Shown one piece after another: positions 21,742 to 31,521 of a DNA stretch of 41,246 nt; positions within the stretch are counted from its first letter, which is position 1; each line of letters begins with the position of its first letter. This DNA is from Candidatus Bathyarchaeota archaeon (GTDB taxonomy: Archaea; Thermoproteota; Bathyarchaeia; Bathyarchaeales; Bathycorpusculaceae), in contig CAWGZR010000014.1 in assembly GCA_963827165.1 (NCBI GenBank), positions 1 to 41,246 of the forward strand, in the 5' to 3' direction. Made by a program: the position numbers and the translations under genes. A model generated the notes under the pieces. It ran no database searches, was not told the DNA's origin, and saw only the letters and a program-made list of their open reading frames with translations.

Positions 21742-22814
21742 TGCTGCACTTTGAGGACTTGTTCGTAGTAGCGTGGGCAATAGGTCAGCGTTATCTGGTG
21801 GAATTGTTCAGTTGGCGACATGACTTCTTCAAGATTTCCTTCAACAATTACAACTTCGTCCCGTTGTGCTTGCTGCCGAAATTCCTCCATGAATGAGAAA
21901 ACCCTCGCGACTTCGAGACCTTCCTTGGGACCGCTTATAAGTTCCAGAGGTTCGACACCGTAGATTGATGGAATAAAGGGTGCTTCATCGTCAGTTGTTA
22001 TGCGTGCCTTGAGTTTAACCCATCCCCTTCGGGTTATACATGTCCGAGGAGCATACTCTGATTTTATTTCACTCCAAGCCTTCACGGGTTCAAACTCAGC
22101 CTTGATGGTTCGCCCGCTGGCTTTGTCATCGTATAACCCGTAAATCTGTTTTCTGCGTTGATGCCAAACAAAGTCGTCAACCGAGAAGTTTTTGAAACGC
22201 CAATCCTTGCCAGCCATCGCCGCGTCAGACTCGAACTCGTTGTGAAAACCAGATTGCCCGTCGTCATACAGGGCATGAAGGGTTTTTCGCATAACAGCGT
22301 TTTCTTTTTTGCCGTAAACTATCAAGTCAATGTCTGAGTATTTGGGGTGGTGAAATCCATGCAGCATGGAGCCGAAGACACCGAAATCCCCCGTTTTTAA
22401 CCCTGAGCAATTAATCGATGTCATGAGAACCCTTTCCATAGCCGCCAGCAACTCATCCGTTGGTCCCGCCTCAAGCAGCTGTTGCAGCCGCACCTCGGGT
22501 TTTCTTGCCTCTGCGACATCGCTGTTTTTCACACCAACAAGATTCAAACCAAGCATCTCATGGAAGACTTGGTATTTAGGGAAATTCTTAGCGACAAGTT
22601 TCATGCCTTCGTCGTTATAGAATTTAAAGTAAAGCTGTCCTCTGCCTGTCCTTGGCGCTCGGGGATCTTTAGAGTCGAAGATTTTTGCTGAAGCATACTC
22701 TGCATCGCAGATGTAAGCGCCTGGTGGATGTGAATAGCCGAAAACGCGGAAGATCAAGCCCTCAGCGGTTTCGATACCGTCGCGGTCACGGAGACCTACG
22801 GTGTTACTGGCCAA
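21738..22814 (-). CDS. archaeal Pol-beta-type nucleotidyltransferase paralog 2 (COG1665-like)
   Basis: [27 protein letters not shown].....[16 protein letters not shown]...VEG.LE.V. Confidence 0.8.
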   Translation of the reverse strand: MASNTVGLRDRDGIETAEGLIFRVFGYSHPPGAYICDAEYASAKIFDSKDPRAPRTGRGQLYFKFYNDEGMKLVAKNFPKYQVFHEMLGLNLVGVKNSDVAEARKPEVRLQQLLEAGPTDELLAAMERVLMTSINCSGLKTGDFGVFGSMLHGFHHPKYSDIDLIVYGKKENAVMRKTLHALYDDGQSGFHNEFESDAAMAGKDWRFKNFSVDDFVWHQRRKQIYGLYDDKASGRTIKAEFEPVKAWSEIKSEYAPRTCITRRGWVKLKARITTDDEAPFIPSIYGVEPLELISGPKEGLEVARVFSFMEEFRQQAQRDEVVIVEGNLEEVMSPTEQFHQITLTYCPRYYEQVLKVQH

Positions 22815-23827
22815 ATATATTCTTCCTCCGAAGTAGCTGTTCCAACAACCACCTGATAATAAACTTCGCTTGATGAGGTGGATTCAACACGTTCAAGCCT
22901 GCCAGAAACCCGAATTGTGTTCCCGCATTTTGCAACGTTTCGATACAGCCCAATATTGGAAACAACCTGAGTGGGAATCTTGTCCAATTCAAGTTCAGAC
23001 TGATCATCTAAGGGTTTGTAGCCTGAAATTCTGTATGTCGCGGGTCGATACATGGTTTCTGTGTCGTCGCTTACTATCGCTTCGAATCTAACCAGGTCAA
23101 GTGGAACGTAGCGGTAAGCGCCATATTTCTCCGTGATTTGTTCGGGTTTTTTGGTGGCGTTGTACATGAATATCTTTCCTTGGTATCTGCCTTGGAATTT
23201 TCTTGCCGCTTCAATGCGGTTGCCGACAATGTAGGTGAGTTTTCCAGCGTTAACAAGCTGCGCTATGGCTTGCTCGACCTGGCGGAAGTTTTGGGTGCCA
23301 TAAACGACAAAGTCAATATCAGATTCGGGAGCATGCATCTGCAATGCTATGGAACCGTGAACGCCCAGGTCGCACAAATCGACGCAAGATTCCTTGGAGA
23401 TTAATGTGATGAGGTCAAGCGCCATCTGCTGAAGTTTGTCGCGTTTAGGAAGGTTCGTCAGCCAAACCAGTCGGTCTTTAGGAACAAAAACCTGCTCAAT
23501 GCGGTCGAACGGCGCCGTGATTAGTTCCTTGTTTCGGAAAGGGCAGAAGTAGAGGTAGTCTGGAAAGTTCTTGCGGAATGCCTCTATGAAGGTTTGGTAG
23601 TTCTTTGCGGTGTAGAGTTTTTCTGCTCTGAAAAGCTGGTTGTCGCCGAACTTCCATGTGCGCTCTAACATTTCAACTTTGAAGAGTTCCCGGTACTGGG
23701 CTGGGATGTACTTTAAGAACGCGAATACGCGGTCATCGGGATGCTCATAGCCAAATGTGTTGAGGATGAAACCGTCTTTGGTGACAAAAGTGTCTCCATC
23801 CATCGGAACCCAAATATCATCAGACAT
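22796..23827 (-). CDS. archaeal Pol-beta-type nucleotidyltransferase paralog 3 (COG1665-like)
   Basis: DGDTF.T.DGFI...FGYEHP, GVHGS.......[22 protein letters not shown]. Confidence 0.8.
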   Translation of the reverse strand: MSDDIWVPMDGDTFVTKDGFILNTFGYEHPDDRVFAFLKYIPAQYRELFKVEMLERTWKFGDNQLFRAEKLYTAKNYQTFIEAFRKNFPDYLYFCPFRNKELITAPFDRIEQVFVPKDRLVWLTNLPKRDKLQQMALDLITLISKESCVDLCDLGVHGSIALQMHAPESDIDFVVYGTQNFRQVEQAIAQLVNAGKLTYIVGNRIEAARKFQGRYQGKIFMYNATKKPEQITEKYGAYRYVPLDLVRFEAIVSDDTETMYRPATYRISGYKPLDDQSELELDKIPTQVVSNIGLYRNVAKCGNTIRVSGRLERVESTSSSEVYYQVVVGTATSEEEYIWPVTP

Positions 23828-24037
23828 AACTTACCAGCGAAATAGAGTTAAAAGCTATAACTAAAAAAGCTATTGATAACGATCGGAGAGGAAACAGATC
23901 CGTGATCTTTTTTGAACCAAGAATGATTACGTTCGCCCCGAAGAAGACAAACCCGCAAACTATAATCAGCCAATCTTTTTGAGCTTCTTTTCCTCACGAC
24001 ATTTTGACTTCACGCTAAATTACAGTGGTAGCCGCCT

Positions 24038-24197
24038 GTTGACTTTTGTTGACGTTAGTGGACTTTCGTTGACTTCTATAGACTTTAGTAGACTCTTGTT
24101 GACTATAGTTGACTTTTGTTGACTTTAGTAGACTATAGTTGACGCAACCTGCAGATGATTTAAGCTTTTCCGCAAAAAAGCAACCCAAAACACAAAC
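24038..24197 (+). repeat. dispersed element copy 2: ten 10-bp units (GAC every 10 nt) plus 57-bp conserved core
   Basis: GAC recurs exactly every 10 nt from 24041 to 24141 (for example gacttttgtt, gactttagta, gactatagtt). Core at 24141-24197. Confidence 0.9.
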
Positions 24198-24375
24198 AAC
24201 AGTTTTCACGAAATCGCATCTTCGTCAAACCGAAAGATTCGAAATCAAAAAATAGACTAAACCAAGTCGAAAAACCCTAAAGAGACAATCCAAAAAAAAC
24301 TCTCAAAGCGAAAAACTTAAGTGTAGAGAGCTTGTTGTTTTGTTCTTAGAACCAAAATCATGGATGTTGAACCAA

Positions 24376-24942
24376 TTGGCTGTTGAAGGTTTTTTCGAAA
24401 ACAAAAAGACACCTGTAGAAGCTAAAGTCGGAGACTTAACCCCACAATCTAAAGCGGTTAACGTTACGGCCAAAGTTGTATCTAAAACTGAAATCAGAGA
24501 AATCCCAATGGGCAGAGACGGCTCTCCACATAAGGTGAGCGACGCGCTGGTCGGAGACGAAACAGGCGTAGTGTACTTGACACTCTGGGATGACAACATT
24601 GAAAAAATAAACGAGGGCGACAGCGTACGCGTGGAAAACGGATACGTAACACTTTTCAAAGGCAACATCCGCCTGAACATCGGAAAATACGGCAAACTTG
24701 AACCAGCAAAAGAACCCCTAGCAGTAGAAGTAAACACTGAAAACAACGTTTCAAGCAAAGCCTACGAACAAGAACGAAGACCATACAGAGGCGGCGGAGG
24801 AGGAAGAGGCGGTTACGGCGGCGGCGGAAGAGATAGAGGACACGGCGGATACGGTGGAGGCGGCGGAGGATACGGCGGAGGACGGGATAGAGGCGGAGAT
24901 CGTCGCGGCAGCGGTGGCGGCGGTTACAGACCGAGATACTAA
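24376..24942 (+). CDS. ssb: single OB-fold single-stranded DNA-binding protein with RGG-rich tail
   Basis: KV.DL......VNVTAKVV, VGDETG...LTLWD, V.LFKG...LNIGKYG, C-terminal GGRGGYGG repeats. Likely TTG start at 24376. Confidence 0.9.
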   Translation: MAVEGFFENKKTPVEAKVGDLTPQSKAVNVTAKVVSKTEIREIPMGRDGSPHKVSDALVGDETGVVYLTLWDDNIEKINEGDSVRVENGYVTLFKGNIRLNIGKYGKLEPAKEPLAVEVNTENNVSSKAYEQERRPYRGGGGGRGGYGGGGRDRGHGGYGGGGGGYGGGRDRGGDRRGSGGGGYRPRY

Positions 24943-25204
24943 TCGTCCAAAGTTTGAAAAACCAATCTAACTCTTTTTTGACTTTTTTATTCTTTTGTTT
25001 CGCCAAAAACTACATTGCACTTTTTCAAAATCTTACATTGGACTCTAAAAGATTGAAAACCACAAGAACAAAGTTGAGCACCGCGCACCTTTTCAAATGT
25101 CTTGGTAGTGCATGGTTGCTACTCAAGAAATATCGGCTTGGATTTAGGCAAAGTATATAATTATAACTCCACATCTCACCGTTTACTTCAGGTGCCTAAA
25201 CCTT

Positions 25205-26287
25205 ATGCAATTTCCCAAGCCGAAGTTTTCGTGGAAAATGGTGATTTTTCCACTGTTGGGGATCATTGGCTTTTTTGCGTACATTTATCTGTTTAAGGTC
25301 GACATCCTCGGGATTTTCGCCACGGCGGAAAAGGCGGACCCCCTTATTTATTCAGTGGCAATAGTGTTCGGGTTGTTTCAGGTTTTGTTTTTCACGATGT
25401 CCTGGCGGGTACTAACTAACCATCTTTGCATTAAGATGAGTTTGGTTAGAGCTTACCTTTACGTTTGGTATGGCATGTACGTTGACACCATTGTTCCAGC
25501 TCAATCAATAAGCGGAGAAGTAACCCGAACATATCTGCTCACAAGGGACGGATGTGGCTCATTTGGAAAAGTTGTAGCATCACTATATGCTCACAGGTTT
25601 TTGGGCACAACAATAAATGCGGTTGCATTAATCGCAGGGTTAGTTTTGCTGACGTTCGGAGGCAACGTTAACCCCCTCGTTTTTAACTCAATCATTGTGG
25701 TTGCGGCCGTAATAATAGGCATTCTTTTTTTGATGGCTATTTTGTCCTTGAAGCGAGAATGGACTTTGAAAGGGATTAACTGGGTGACAGATTTTGCCCA
25801 TAGAATCAGCAAAGGAAGAATAAAACTGGAGAAACTAAAAGCAGAAGGGATCGAGATTACAGCACACTTCCACGATTCAATGCAGGAGTTCCGTCATAAC
25901 CCAAAAGCCATTTCGTTCTCCCTGTCGTATCTTCTTATTTCCTGGTTTTTCAGCCTAAGCGTTCCATACCTTGTCTTCATGTCGCTAGATCACACAGTTT
26001 CAATAAGCATAATCATCGTCACTTCAGCAATATTCTTAGCAGTTAAGTCGATTCCGGTGGGGATACCTTTCGAAGTTGGTCTTCCCGAGGCAGTTATGAC
26101 CACCCTCTACATTTCAATGGGGATCCCAGGCGCGTTGGCTGCTACAGCAACAATACTTACCAGACTTATCACCCTGTGGCTATTCTTTATAATTGGCCTT
26201 GGAGCACAACAATGGCTCGAACTAAAACCCGCGTTAAAGTCCACACAACCAAACACAGAAAAAATTAAAATCGACCTACCGCCGTAA
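25205..26287 (+). CDS. UPF0104 / lysylphosphatidylglycerol synthase TM-like (flippase-like) protein
   Basis: W..L, P....SGEV.R, IP...G..E..M...Y...G, RL.T.W; multiple TM helices. Confidence 0.82.
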   Translation: MQFPKPKFSWKMVIFPLLGIIGFFAYIYLFKVDILGIFATAEKADPLIYSVAIVFGLFQVLFFTMSWRVLTNHLCIKMSLVRAYLYVWYGMYVDTIVPAQSISGEVTRTYLLTRDGCGSFGKVVASLYAHRFLGTTINAVALIAGLVLLTFGGNVNPLVFNSIIVVAAVIIGILFLMAILSLKREWTLKGINWVTDFAHRISKGRIKLEKLKAEGIEITAHFHDSMQEFRHNPKAISFSLSYLLISWFFSLSVPYLVFMSLDHTVSISIIIVTSAIFLAVKSIPVGIPFEVGLPEAVMTTLYISMGIPGALAATATILTRLITLWLFFIIGLGAQQWLELKPALKSTQPNTEKIKIDLPP

Positions 26288-26306
26288 TAATTCATAAGAC
26301 AATAAA

Positions 26307-26756
26307 ATGAACACCAAAATTGAAACAGCATCAATTCGGCTCCTGGACAAATTCTGCGAAATCGAACATCAATGCTTTGACAAAGAAGCCTTCACAAAAA
26401 GGCAATTAGCCTACCTGTTAACAGACTATAATTCTATAGCGTTAGTGGCCAAAGTCGACAGCGACATTGCAGGATTTATCATTTCACAGGTGGAAATCGA
26501 AAACAACACACTCTTCGGGCATATAATTACAATAAATGTTGCGCCAACTTGGCGGCGAAAGGGAATCGGCACCCAAATGCTAAAGGAAATAGAGAGGATT
26601 CTAAAGGAAAAAGGCGTAAATGAATGCCATCTGGAAGTCCGAGAAGACAACGCCCCAGCATTAAAACTTTACCTGAACAGTGGGTATCAGAAAATAGGCA
26701 TATTAGAAAAATACTACGGGACTAAGCATGGGTTATTTCTGAAAAAGAATCTTTAG
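26307..26756 (+). CDS. rimI: RimI-like GNAT N-acetyltransferase
   Basis: GHIITINV.P.WRRKGIG, LEVREDN..A..LY...GY.......YY. Confidence 0.88.
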   Translation: MNTKIETASIRLLDKFCEIEHQCFDKEAFTKRQLAYLLTDYNSIALVAKVDSDIAGFIISQVEIENNTLFGHIITINVAPTWRRKGIGTQMLKEIERILKEKGVNECHLEVREDNAPALKLYLNSGYQKIGILEKYYGTKHGLFLKKNL

Positions 26757-26841
26757 AAGCGCCGCATCCCACCAATTAAGCGTTTATTCGTCTTTGAGAT
26801 ATGGTTAAATATCTTGATGCGGTTTTAGAGGCGGTGGAGAG

Positions 26842-27111
26842 ATGGGAGAGCCTCGGGGAAGAAAATCGAACGAGCAAACGCTTGTCCGAACCATTGTAAG
26901 TTTAATTCGCAACAGCACTTGGCGCTGCGGCAAACTTGAAAAGTCTATCGTACAACACCTTCACAAACGAAACGAAAATTTTGGCAGAAACCAAGTTTCA
27001 GTTAAAGAAATAATGCTAAGCCTCAACATCACCGGCGAGAAAAAAGACGAGTGCTTGGATGCACTGCGTAGACTTGAAAAAAGAAACATCGTGAAAATAA
27101 CACCTCTATAA
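26842..27111 (+). CDS. small hypothetical protein, possibly winged-helix
   Basis: TATA-like TTAAATA and GGTGGAG upstream; C-terminal ALRRLEKRNIVKI resembles a wHTH recognition helix and wing. Confidence 0.6.
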   Translation: MGEPRGRKSNEQTLVRTIVSLIRNSTWRCGKLEKSIVQHLHKRNENFGRNQVSVKEIMLSLNITGEKKDECLDALRRLEKRNIVKITPL

Positions 27112-27226
27112 ACAACCACTTTCTATTTTTTGTTAAGTGCAGTTTCTTTTCTGTGTCATACAGGTTTGCTGTCGAGTTTTAGTGTGACTTTTTATTTAGT
27201 GTAAACTGCGTTTTCGGCAAATTTCA

Positions 27227-27330
27227 GTTTGTGTTTTGGGTTGCTTTTTTGATTCAGGGCTTGAATCGGTTGCAACTATTGTCCCAAAACATCTCAAAAC
27301 GTACCAAAACATACCAAAACGTATCAAAAA
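27227..27330 (-). repeat. dispersed element copy 3 (inverted): five 10-bp units plus 57-bp conserved core
   Basis: + strand gtcccaaaac atctcaaaac gtaccaaaac ataccaaaac gtatcaaaaa; reverse-complement core at 27227-27283. Confidence 0.85.
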
Positions 27331-27425
27331 GTTAAAAAAATACAAAATAAGACCGCTAATTTTGTGAGCAGCAGATCTGCCTTTTTTGGCAAGGCAAATT
27401 TTGTTGGAAAACTGAGTTTAAAGCG

Positions 27426-28823
27426 TTACTTGAGGAGTGTGCTTTCGTCTGGCGGCTGCTTGATTAAGCCATGCTTCATCAGCAACTCGGTTGATTGCCT
27501 AGCGTTTTGGATAATGGCTGTAGCGCGTTCAAACAGCTCTTGCTTAGATAGTTTAACCCTTGCAACGCCATCCTCGATCGATTTCAGGGCGCATGCAACG
27601 GCTTCCCTTGGGAAAACTTCCCACTCATCCATCCTCGGCAAAATGTCCGTTTCGCTTATTCCACGTTCTTCCGCGTATTTCGCAAGTTCCTGCGCGGCTG
27701 CAATGCACATGCCGTCCGTCACGCCTCTGGCCTTCACGTCCAACACGCCTCTGAAAATACCCGGGAATCCCAAACTGTTATTGACCTGATTGGGAAAGTC
27801 GCTTCTTCCAGTTGCCACAATTCTCGCGCCTGCTTCTGTTGCGTCCCAAGGCCAAATTTCAGGAATCGGGTTCGCGCAAGCGAAAATAATTGAGTTTTGA
27901 GCCATGGATCTAACCCATTCTTTCTTGATTGTGTCGGGCCCAGGTTTTGAGGCGGCTACTACCGCGTCAACGCCTTTGAATGCTTCCTCTATGCCGCCGA
28001 TTCTTCCTTCTGCGTTGGTTTTCTGAGTCACGTCATATTTCCAGGGATCTTCTTCTTTTCTTATGTCTGCTCGAGTTTTGTCTATGACGCCTTTGCTGTC
28101 GGCAAGTATTATGTTGCCGGGTTTGACTCCCCATTGCATGAGAACATAAGCCGTGCGGATGTTTGCTGCTCCCGAACCCACAAGTGCGATTAGGCTTTCC
28201 TGCGGTTTTTTGCCAACAATCTTAAAAGCGTTCATCAGCCCCGCCAAGATCACGGTGGCGGTTCCCTGCTGGTCGTCGTGCCACACGGGAATGCTGAGTT
28301 GTTCGCAAGCGCTTTCCAAGACGTGGAAGCACTTGGGTTTCTCAATGTCTTCAAGGTTTATGCCGCCAAAAGACGGCTCCAAAGCCTTGCAAATCTTAAC
28401 TATTTCGTCGGGTTCCTTGGTTCTTAAGCAGATTGGAAACGCATCAACCCCGCCCAGGTATTTGAATATGAGAGCTTTTCCTTCCATAACGGGCAGCGCT
28501 GCTTCAGGACCGATATCTCCGAGTCCCAAAACCCGGGTTCCGTCCGAAACCACTGCCACACTGTTCCATCGGTTGGTTAATTCGAATGATTTATCAGGGT
28601 CAGCTTGGATTTCCCTGCAAGGAGCAGCAACACCGGGGGTGTACCATACCGCGAAATCGTCGACGCTTCTAATTGCGCATTTGGGGATAACCTGCATTTT
28701 CCCCTCGTAGAACCTGTGCATCGGCGGGGACAGTTGCGCGGGTTTCTTGGCTTTCGCAAGCAACTCCTCCACGGTTGGTTTAGGCTTATCTGACGAAACC
28801 AAAACAACATTTCTCCTTTTCAA
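27426..28823 (-). CDS. NAD(P)-dependent malic enzyme
   Basis: YTPGVA, SDGTRVLGLGDIG, PVMEGK, INLEDI, HDDQQGT, ANP.PEI, ATGRSDFPNQVNN..GFPGIFRG. Confidence 0.95.
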   Translation of the reverse strand: MKRRNVVLVSSDKPKPTVEELLAKAKKPAQLSPPMHRFYEGKMQVIPKCAIRSVDDFAVWYTPGVAAPCREIQADPDKSFELTNRWNSVAVVSDGTRVLGLGDIGPEAALPVMEGKALIFKYLGGVDAFPICLRTKEPDEIVKICKALEPSFGGINLEDIEKPKCFHVLESACEQLSIPVWHDDQQGTATVILAGLMNAFKIVGKKPQESLIALVGSGAANIRTAYVLMQWGVKPGNIILADSKGVIDKTRADIRKEEDPWKYDVTQKTNAEGRIGGIEEAFKGVDAVVAASKPGPDTIKKEWVRSMAQNSIIFACANPIPEIWPWDATEAGARIVATGRSDFPNQVNNSLGFPGIFRGVLDVKARGVTDGMCIAAAQELAKYAEERGISETDILPRMDEWEVFPREAVACALKSIEDGVARVKLSKQELFERATAIIQNARQSTELLMKHGLIKQPPDESTLLK

Positions 28824-29002
28824 CCGCTAAATATGAAAGGATAGTTTTAAGCATTTCCGCAAACCGATTGACCGGTCTATTTTGACCAGACAGCCGCGTC
28901 CTGTCGTATTCGACTTTTGGTTTTAACAGCTTGAACAATGAGGCGATTTTGTTAGTAACCTTAATTTACCTTCGTCGCTAAACCTAAAAAAGGTAACGAC
29001 AA

Positions 29003-30775
29003 ATGAGCAGCGACGCAAAATGTTCAAAGGCAGAATGCGACAAATTCACAGCCATAAACGAGTTGGCTCGTCGCAGAGGATTTTTCTGGCCATCGTTTGA
29101 AATTTACGGCGGAAGTGGCGGATTTGTAACCTACGGTCCCCTTGGCGCACGACTGAAACAGAATATTGAAGCCAAGCTTAGGGAGCTTTTCGTCAAGAAA
29201 ATCGGAATTTACGAAATGGAATCATCCGTTATTGCACCTGGCAAAGTCTTTGAAGCCTCAGGTCACGTTGACCACTTCAAAGAACCCATGGTTGAATGCC
29301 AAAACTGTCATACCCGTTTCCGAGCGGACCATTTGCTTGAGGAAAAAGGGATAAGCTCGGCTGAAGCAGAAAAAATGACTTTGGAACAAATAGGCGAAGA
29401 GATCGAGCGTCACGGCGTTGTTTGTCCTGACTGCAAGGGCAAATTCGGTCAACCCCAACGTTACCTCACCATGTTCGAAACGACCATTGGACCATACTCA
29501 GGCTCGGTCGGCTACGGTAGACCTGAAGCTGCTCAAAACATCTTCGTCGAATTCAACCGCCTCTACACATGCGCACGAGAAACGCTCCCCTTCGGCGTCA
29601 TAAATATTGGCCATGCCTTGCGTAACGAGATTTCGCCTAGGCAGGGTTTGATCAGACTAAGGGAATTTACGATTTCAGATTTGGAGTTCTTCTTTGACCC
29701 CGAAGAGCCAGCTTGTAATATGCTTTCCGAAGTAGAAAATGAAGTGCTGCCTATTCTGCTCTGCGAATCCCGTCTTAAAGAATGCGAAGACACAACGGAT
29801 CTAACTGTTAGGCAGGCGCTTGACCAGAAAGTGATTCGTTCCGAGTGGCAGGCGTTCTTTATGGCGATGGCCAAGAAGCTTCTGGTAGAGCTTGGAGTTC
29901 CAGTGGAAAAGCAGCGGTTCATCGAAAAACTGACTTGGGAAAAAGCGCATTACTCAAGCCAAAGCTTTGACCAAGAAGTCCTGGTAGACCGTTGGGGATG
30001 GGTTGAAGTCTCTGGGCACGCCTACCGAACAGACTACGATTTAAAATGCCACATGCAAGCAAGCGGCGTAGACATGACCGTTTACAAAGAATACCAAAAC
30101 CCAGTTGAAAAAGAAGTGCTCGCTGTTAAACCGATAATGTCAAAGCTAGGTCCGATATACAAAGGAGAAGCAGCAAAAGTCGCAGCTCTCCTCGTAAAGG
30201 CACCTACTCAAGAAGTTGCGGACGCAATGAAGCAGCAGGGTTTTTTCGCGGTGGAAAATTACGAAATAAAAGCTGAGCAAGTGGACATCGGCGTCCAGAA
30301 AACGATTGTTCGCGGCACACGGTTCATTCCTCACGTGGTGGAACCAAGCTTCGGCTCTGACAGGCTTTTTTACGTTGCTTTGGAGTATGCTTACGGCATA
30401 AAAGAAGACAGGGTTGTTATGAGTTTTCCAAGATCTATTGCCCCTGTTCAGGTTGGGGTTTACCCTTTGATGAGCAAAGATGGATTGGACACGAAGGCAG
30501 CCCAACTGCAGAGGAAGCTTGCGGATGAGGGGTTTATGGCAGAGTTAGATGAGAATGGCTCCATCGGCAGACGCTACGCGAGAGCAGACGAAGCAGGTGT
30601 ACAGTTAGGAGTAACAATCGATTACGATACACTGGAAGATGAAACCGTAACCGTCAGAGACAGAGACAGCTGGCTCCAAGTTCGCACACTAATCAAAGAC
30701 TTACCAGATCTTCTTCATCGCTACTTCCAAGGGAAAATAAATTTCAAGGATTTAGGCAAACCAATCGAAAGTTAA
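29003..30775 (+). CDS. glyS: glycine--tRNA ligase (archaeal/eukaryal homodimeric type)
   Basis: RRGF...FEIYGG, ASGHVDHF, RPEAAQ.IF, RNEISPRQG..RLREF, VVEPSFG.DR, SIGRRYARADE.G. Confidence 0.97.
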   Translation: MSSDAKCSKAECDKFTAINELARRRGFFWPSFEIYGGSGGFVTYGPLGARLKQNIEAKLRELFVKKIGIYEMESSVIAPGKVFEASGHVDHFKEPMVECQNCHTRFRADHLLEEKGISSAEAEKMTLEQIGEEIERHGVVCPDCKGKFGQPQRYLTMFETTIGPYSGSVGYGRPEAAQNIFVEFNRLYTCARETLPFGVINIGHALRNEISPRQGLIRLREFTISDLEFFFDPEEPACNMLSEVENEVLPILLCESRLKECEDTTDLTVRQALDQKVIRSEWQAFFMAMAKKLLVELGVPVEKQRFIEKLTWEKAHYSSQSFDQEVLVDRWGWVEVSGHAYRTDYDLKCHMQASGVDMTVYKEYQNPVEKEVLAVKPIMSKLGPIYKGEAAKVAALLVKAPTQEVADAMKQQGFFAVENYEIKAEQVDIGVQKTIVRGTRFIPHVVEPSFGSDRLFYVALEYAYGIKEDRVVMSFPRSIAPVQVGVYPLMSKDGLDTKAAQLQRKLADEGFMAELDENGSIGRRYARADEAGVQLGVTIDYDTLEDETVTVRDRDSWLQVRTLIKDLPDLLHRYFQGKINFKDLGKPIES

Positions 30776-30848
30776 TCAGCTACCTTTTTTAATGAACGCA
30801 AACTACTAACATGATAAATTTCAGGATATTTATTGGCGGGGCGAAAGA

Positions 30849-31508
30849 TTGGTACTTCCTTCAGAAACAGAAGAACGCGTTAAGAGACGGGCGCTGAATG
30901 CTTGCCAGGATAATTTACGCAAGGTTGTTGATGTCTCAAGAAAAATTCCTCAGCTCGTCGAATGCTATGCGAGTGGCGACAAAGATGGCGTTCGCAGGCT
31001 CTTCACCGAAATCAGAACAGGTGAAGAAGAAGTTGTTAAAGCCAGACGCATGGTTTCTCAGGAGTTATCTGAGATAGGGGCCATCCTGATTGCCCGCGAA
31101 GACTTTTTAAGATTCACAAATTTATCAAGCGAAATAGCTGATTTTAGCGAAGGCATCGCCTATTACCTTGTTGAAATCATGGAACATAACTGGACCATCT
31201 CATCGGACGTGAAAAAGGACCTTCTTAAGTTGTCAACAGCAGTTTTGGACAGTGTACTTAAGCTCCGGGAAACTATGATGGTTCTTAACTACGGCTCCCA
31301 GAAAACCCTTGAAAAAGCAAAAGACGTAGAAATCGCAGAACGTATAGTGGACGACCAATACAGGGCGCTAACCATAAAAGTGCTCAGCGGCAAACTCGAC
31401 GTCCCCGTGCTACTGCTACTCAGAGACGTCCTTCAATTACTCGAAAACTCCGCTGACAAAGCGGAAGACGCAGCCGACGCGGCAAGAATGATCTCCTTCA
31501 TAATGTAA
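30849..31508 (+). CDS. DUF47 / PhoU-like phosphate-regulator family protein
   Basis: REDF..F......IAD, E...D..YR, LE..ADKAEDAAD; all-helical. Confidence 0.8.
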   Translation: MVLPSETEERVKRRALNACQDNLRKVVDVSRKIPQLVECYASGDKDGVRRLFTEIRTGEEEVVKARRMVSQELSEIGAILIAREDFLRFTNLSSEIADFSEGIAYYLVEIMEHNWTISSDVKKDLLKLSTAVLDSVLKLRETMMVLNYGSQKTLEKAKDVEIAERIVDDQYRALTIKVLSGKLDVPVLLLLRDVLQLLENSADKAEDAADAARMISFIM

Positions 31509-31521
31509 AGAGCCAAACACG

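Noticed and set aside
20716-23827. MNT-HEPN toxin-antitoxin or CBASS defence system
   Set aside because: The NTases are ~340-360 aa with extra domains, and no HEPN, effector or Cap genes are adjacent. The context is cofactor metabolism.
24038-24143. CRISPR array
   Set aside because: The period is 10 nt with no unique 25-45-nt spacers, and no cas genes are in the window.
24015-24209. 64-aa ORF (and a VCVLGCFF peptide) antisense to the repeat element
   Set aside because: A 10-nt period is not codon-compatible, and the equivalent frame in copy 1 hits a stop right after the core. The peptide similarity follows from DNA identity.
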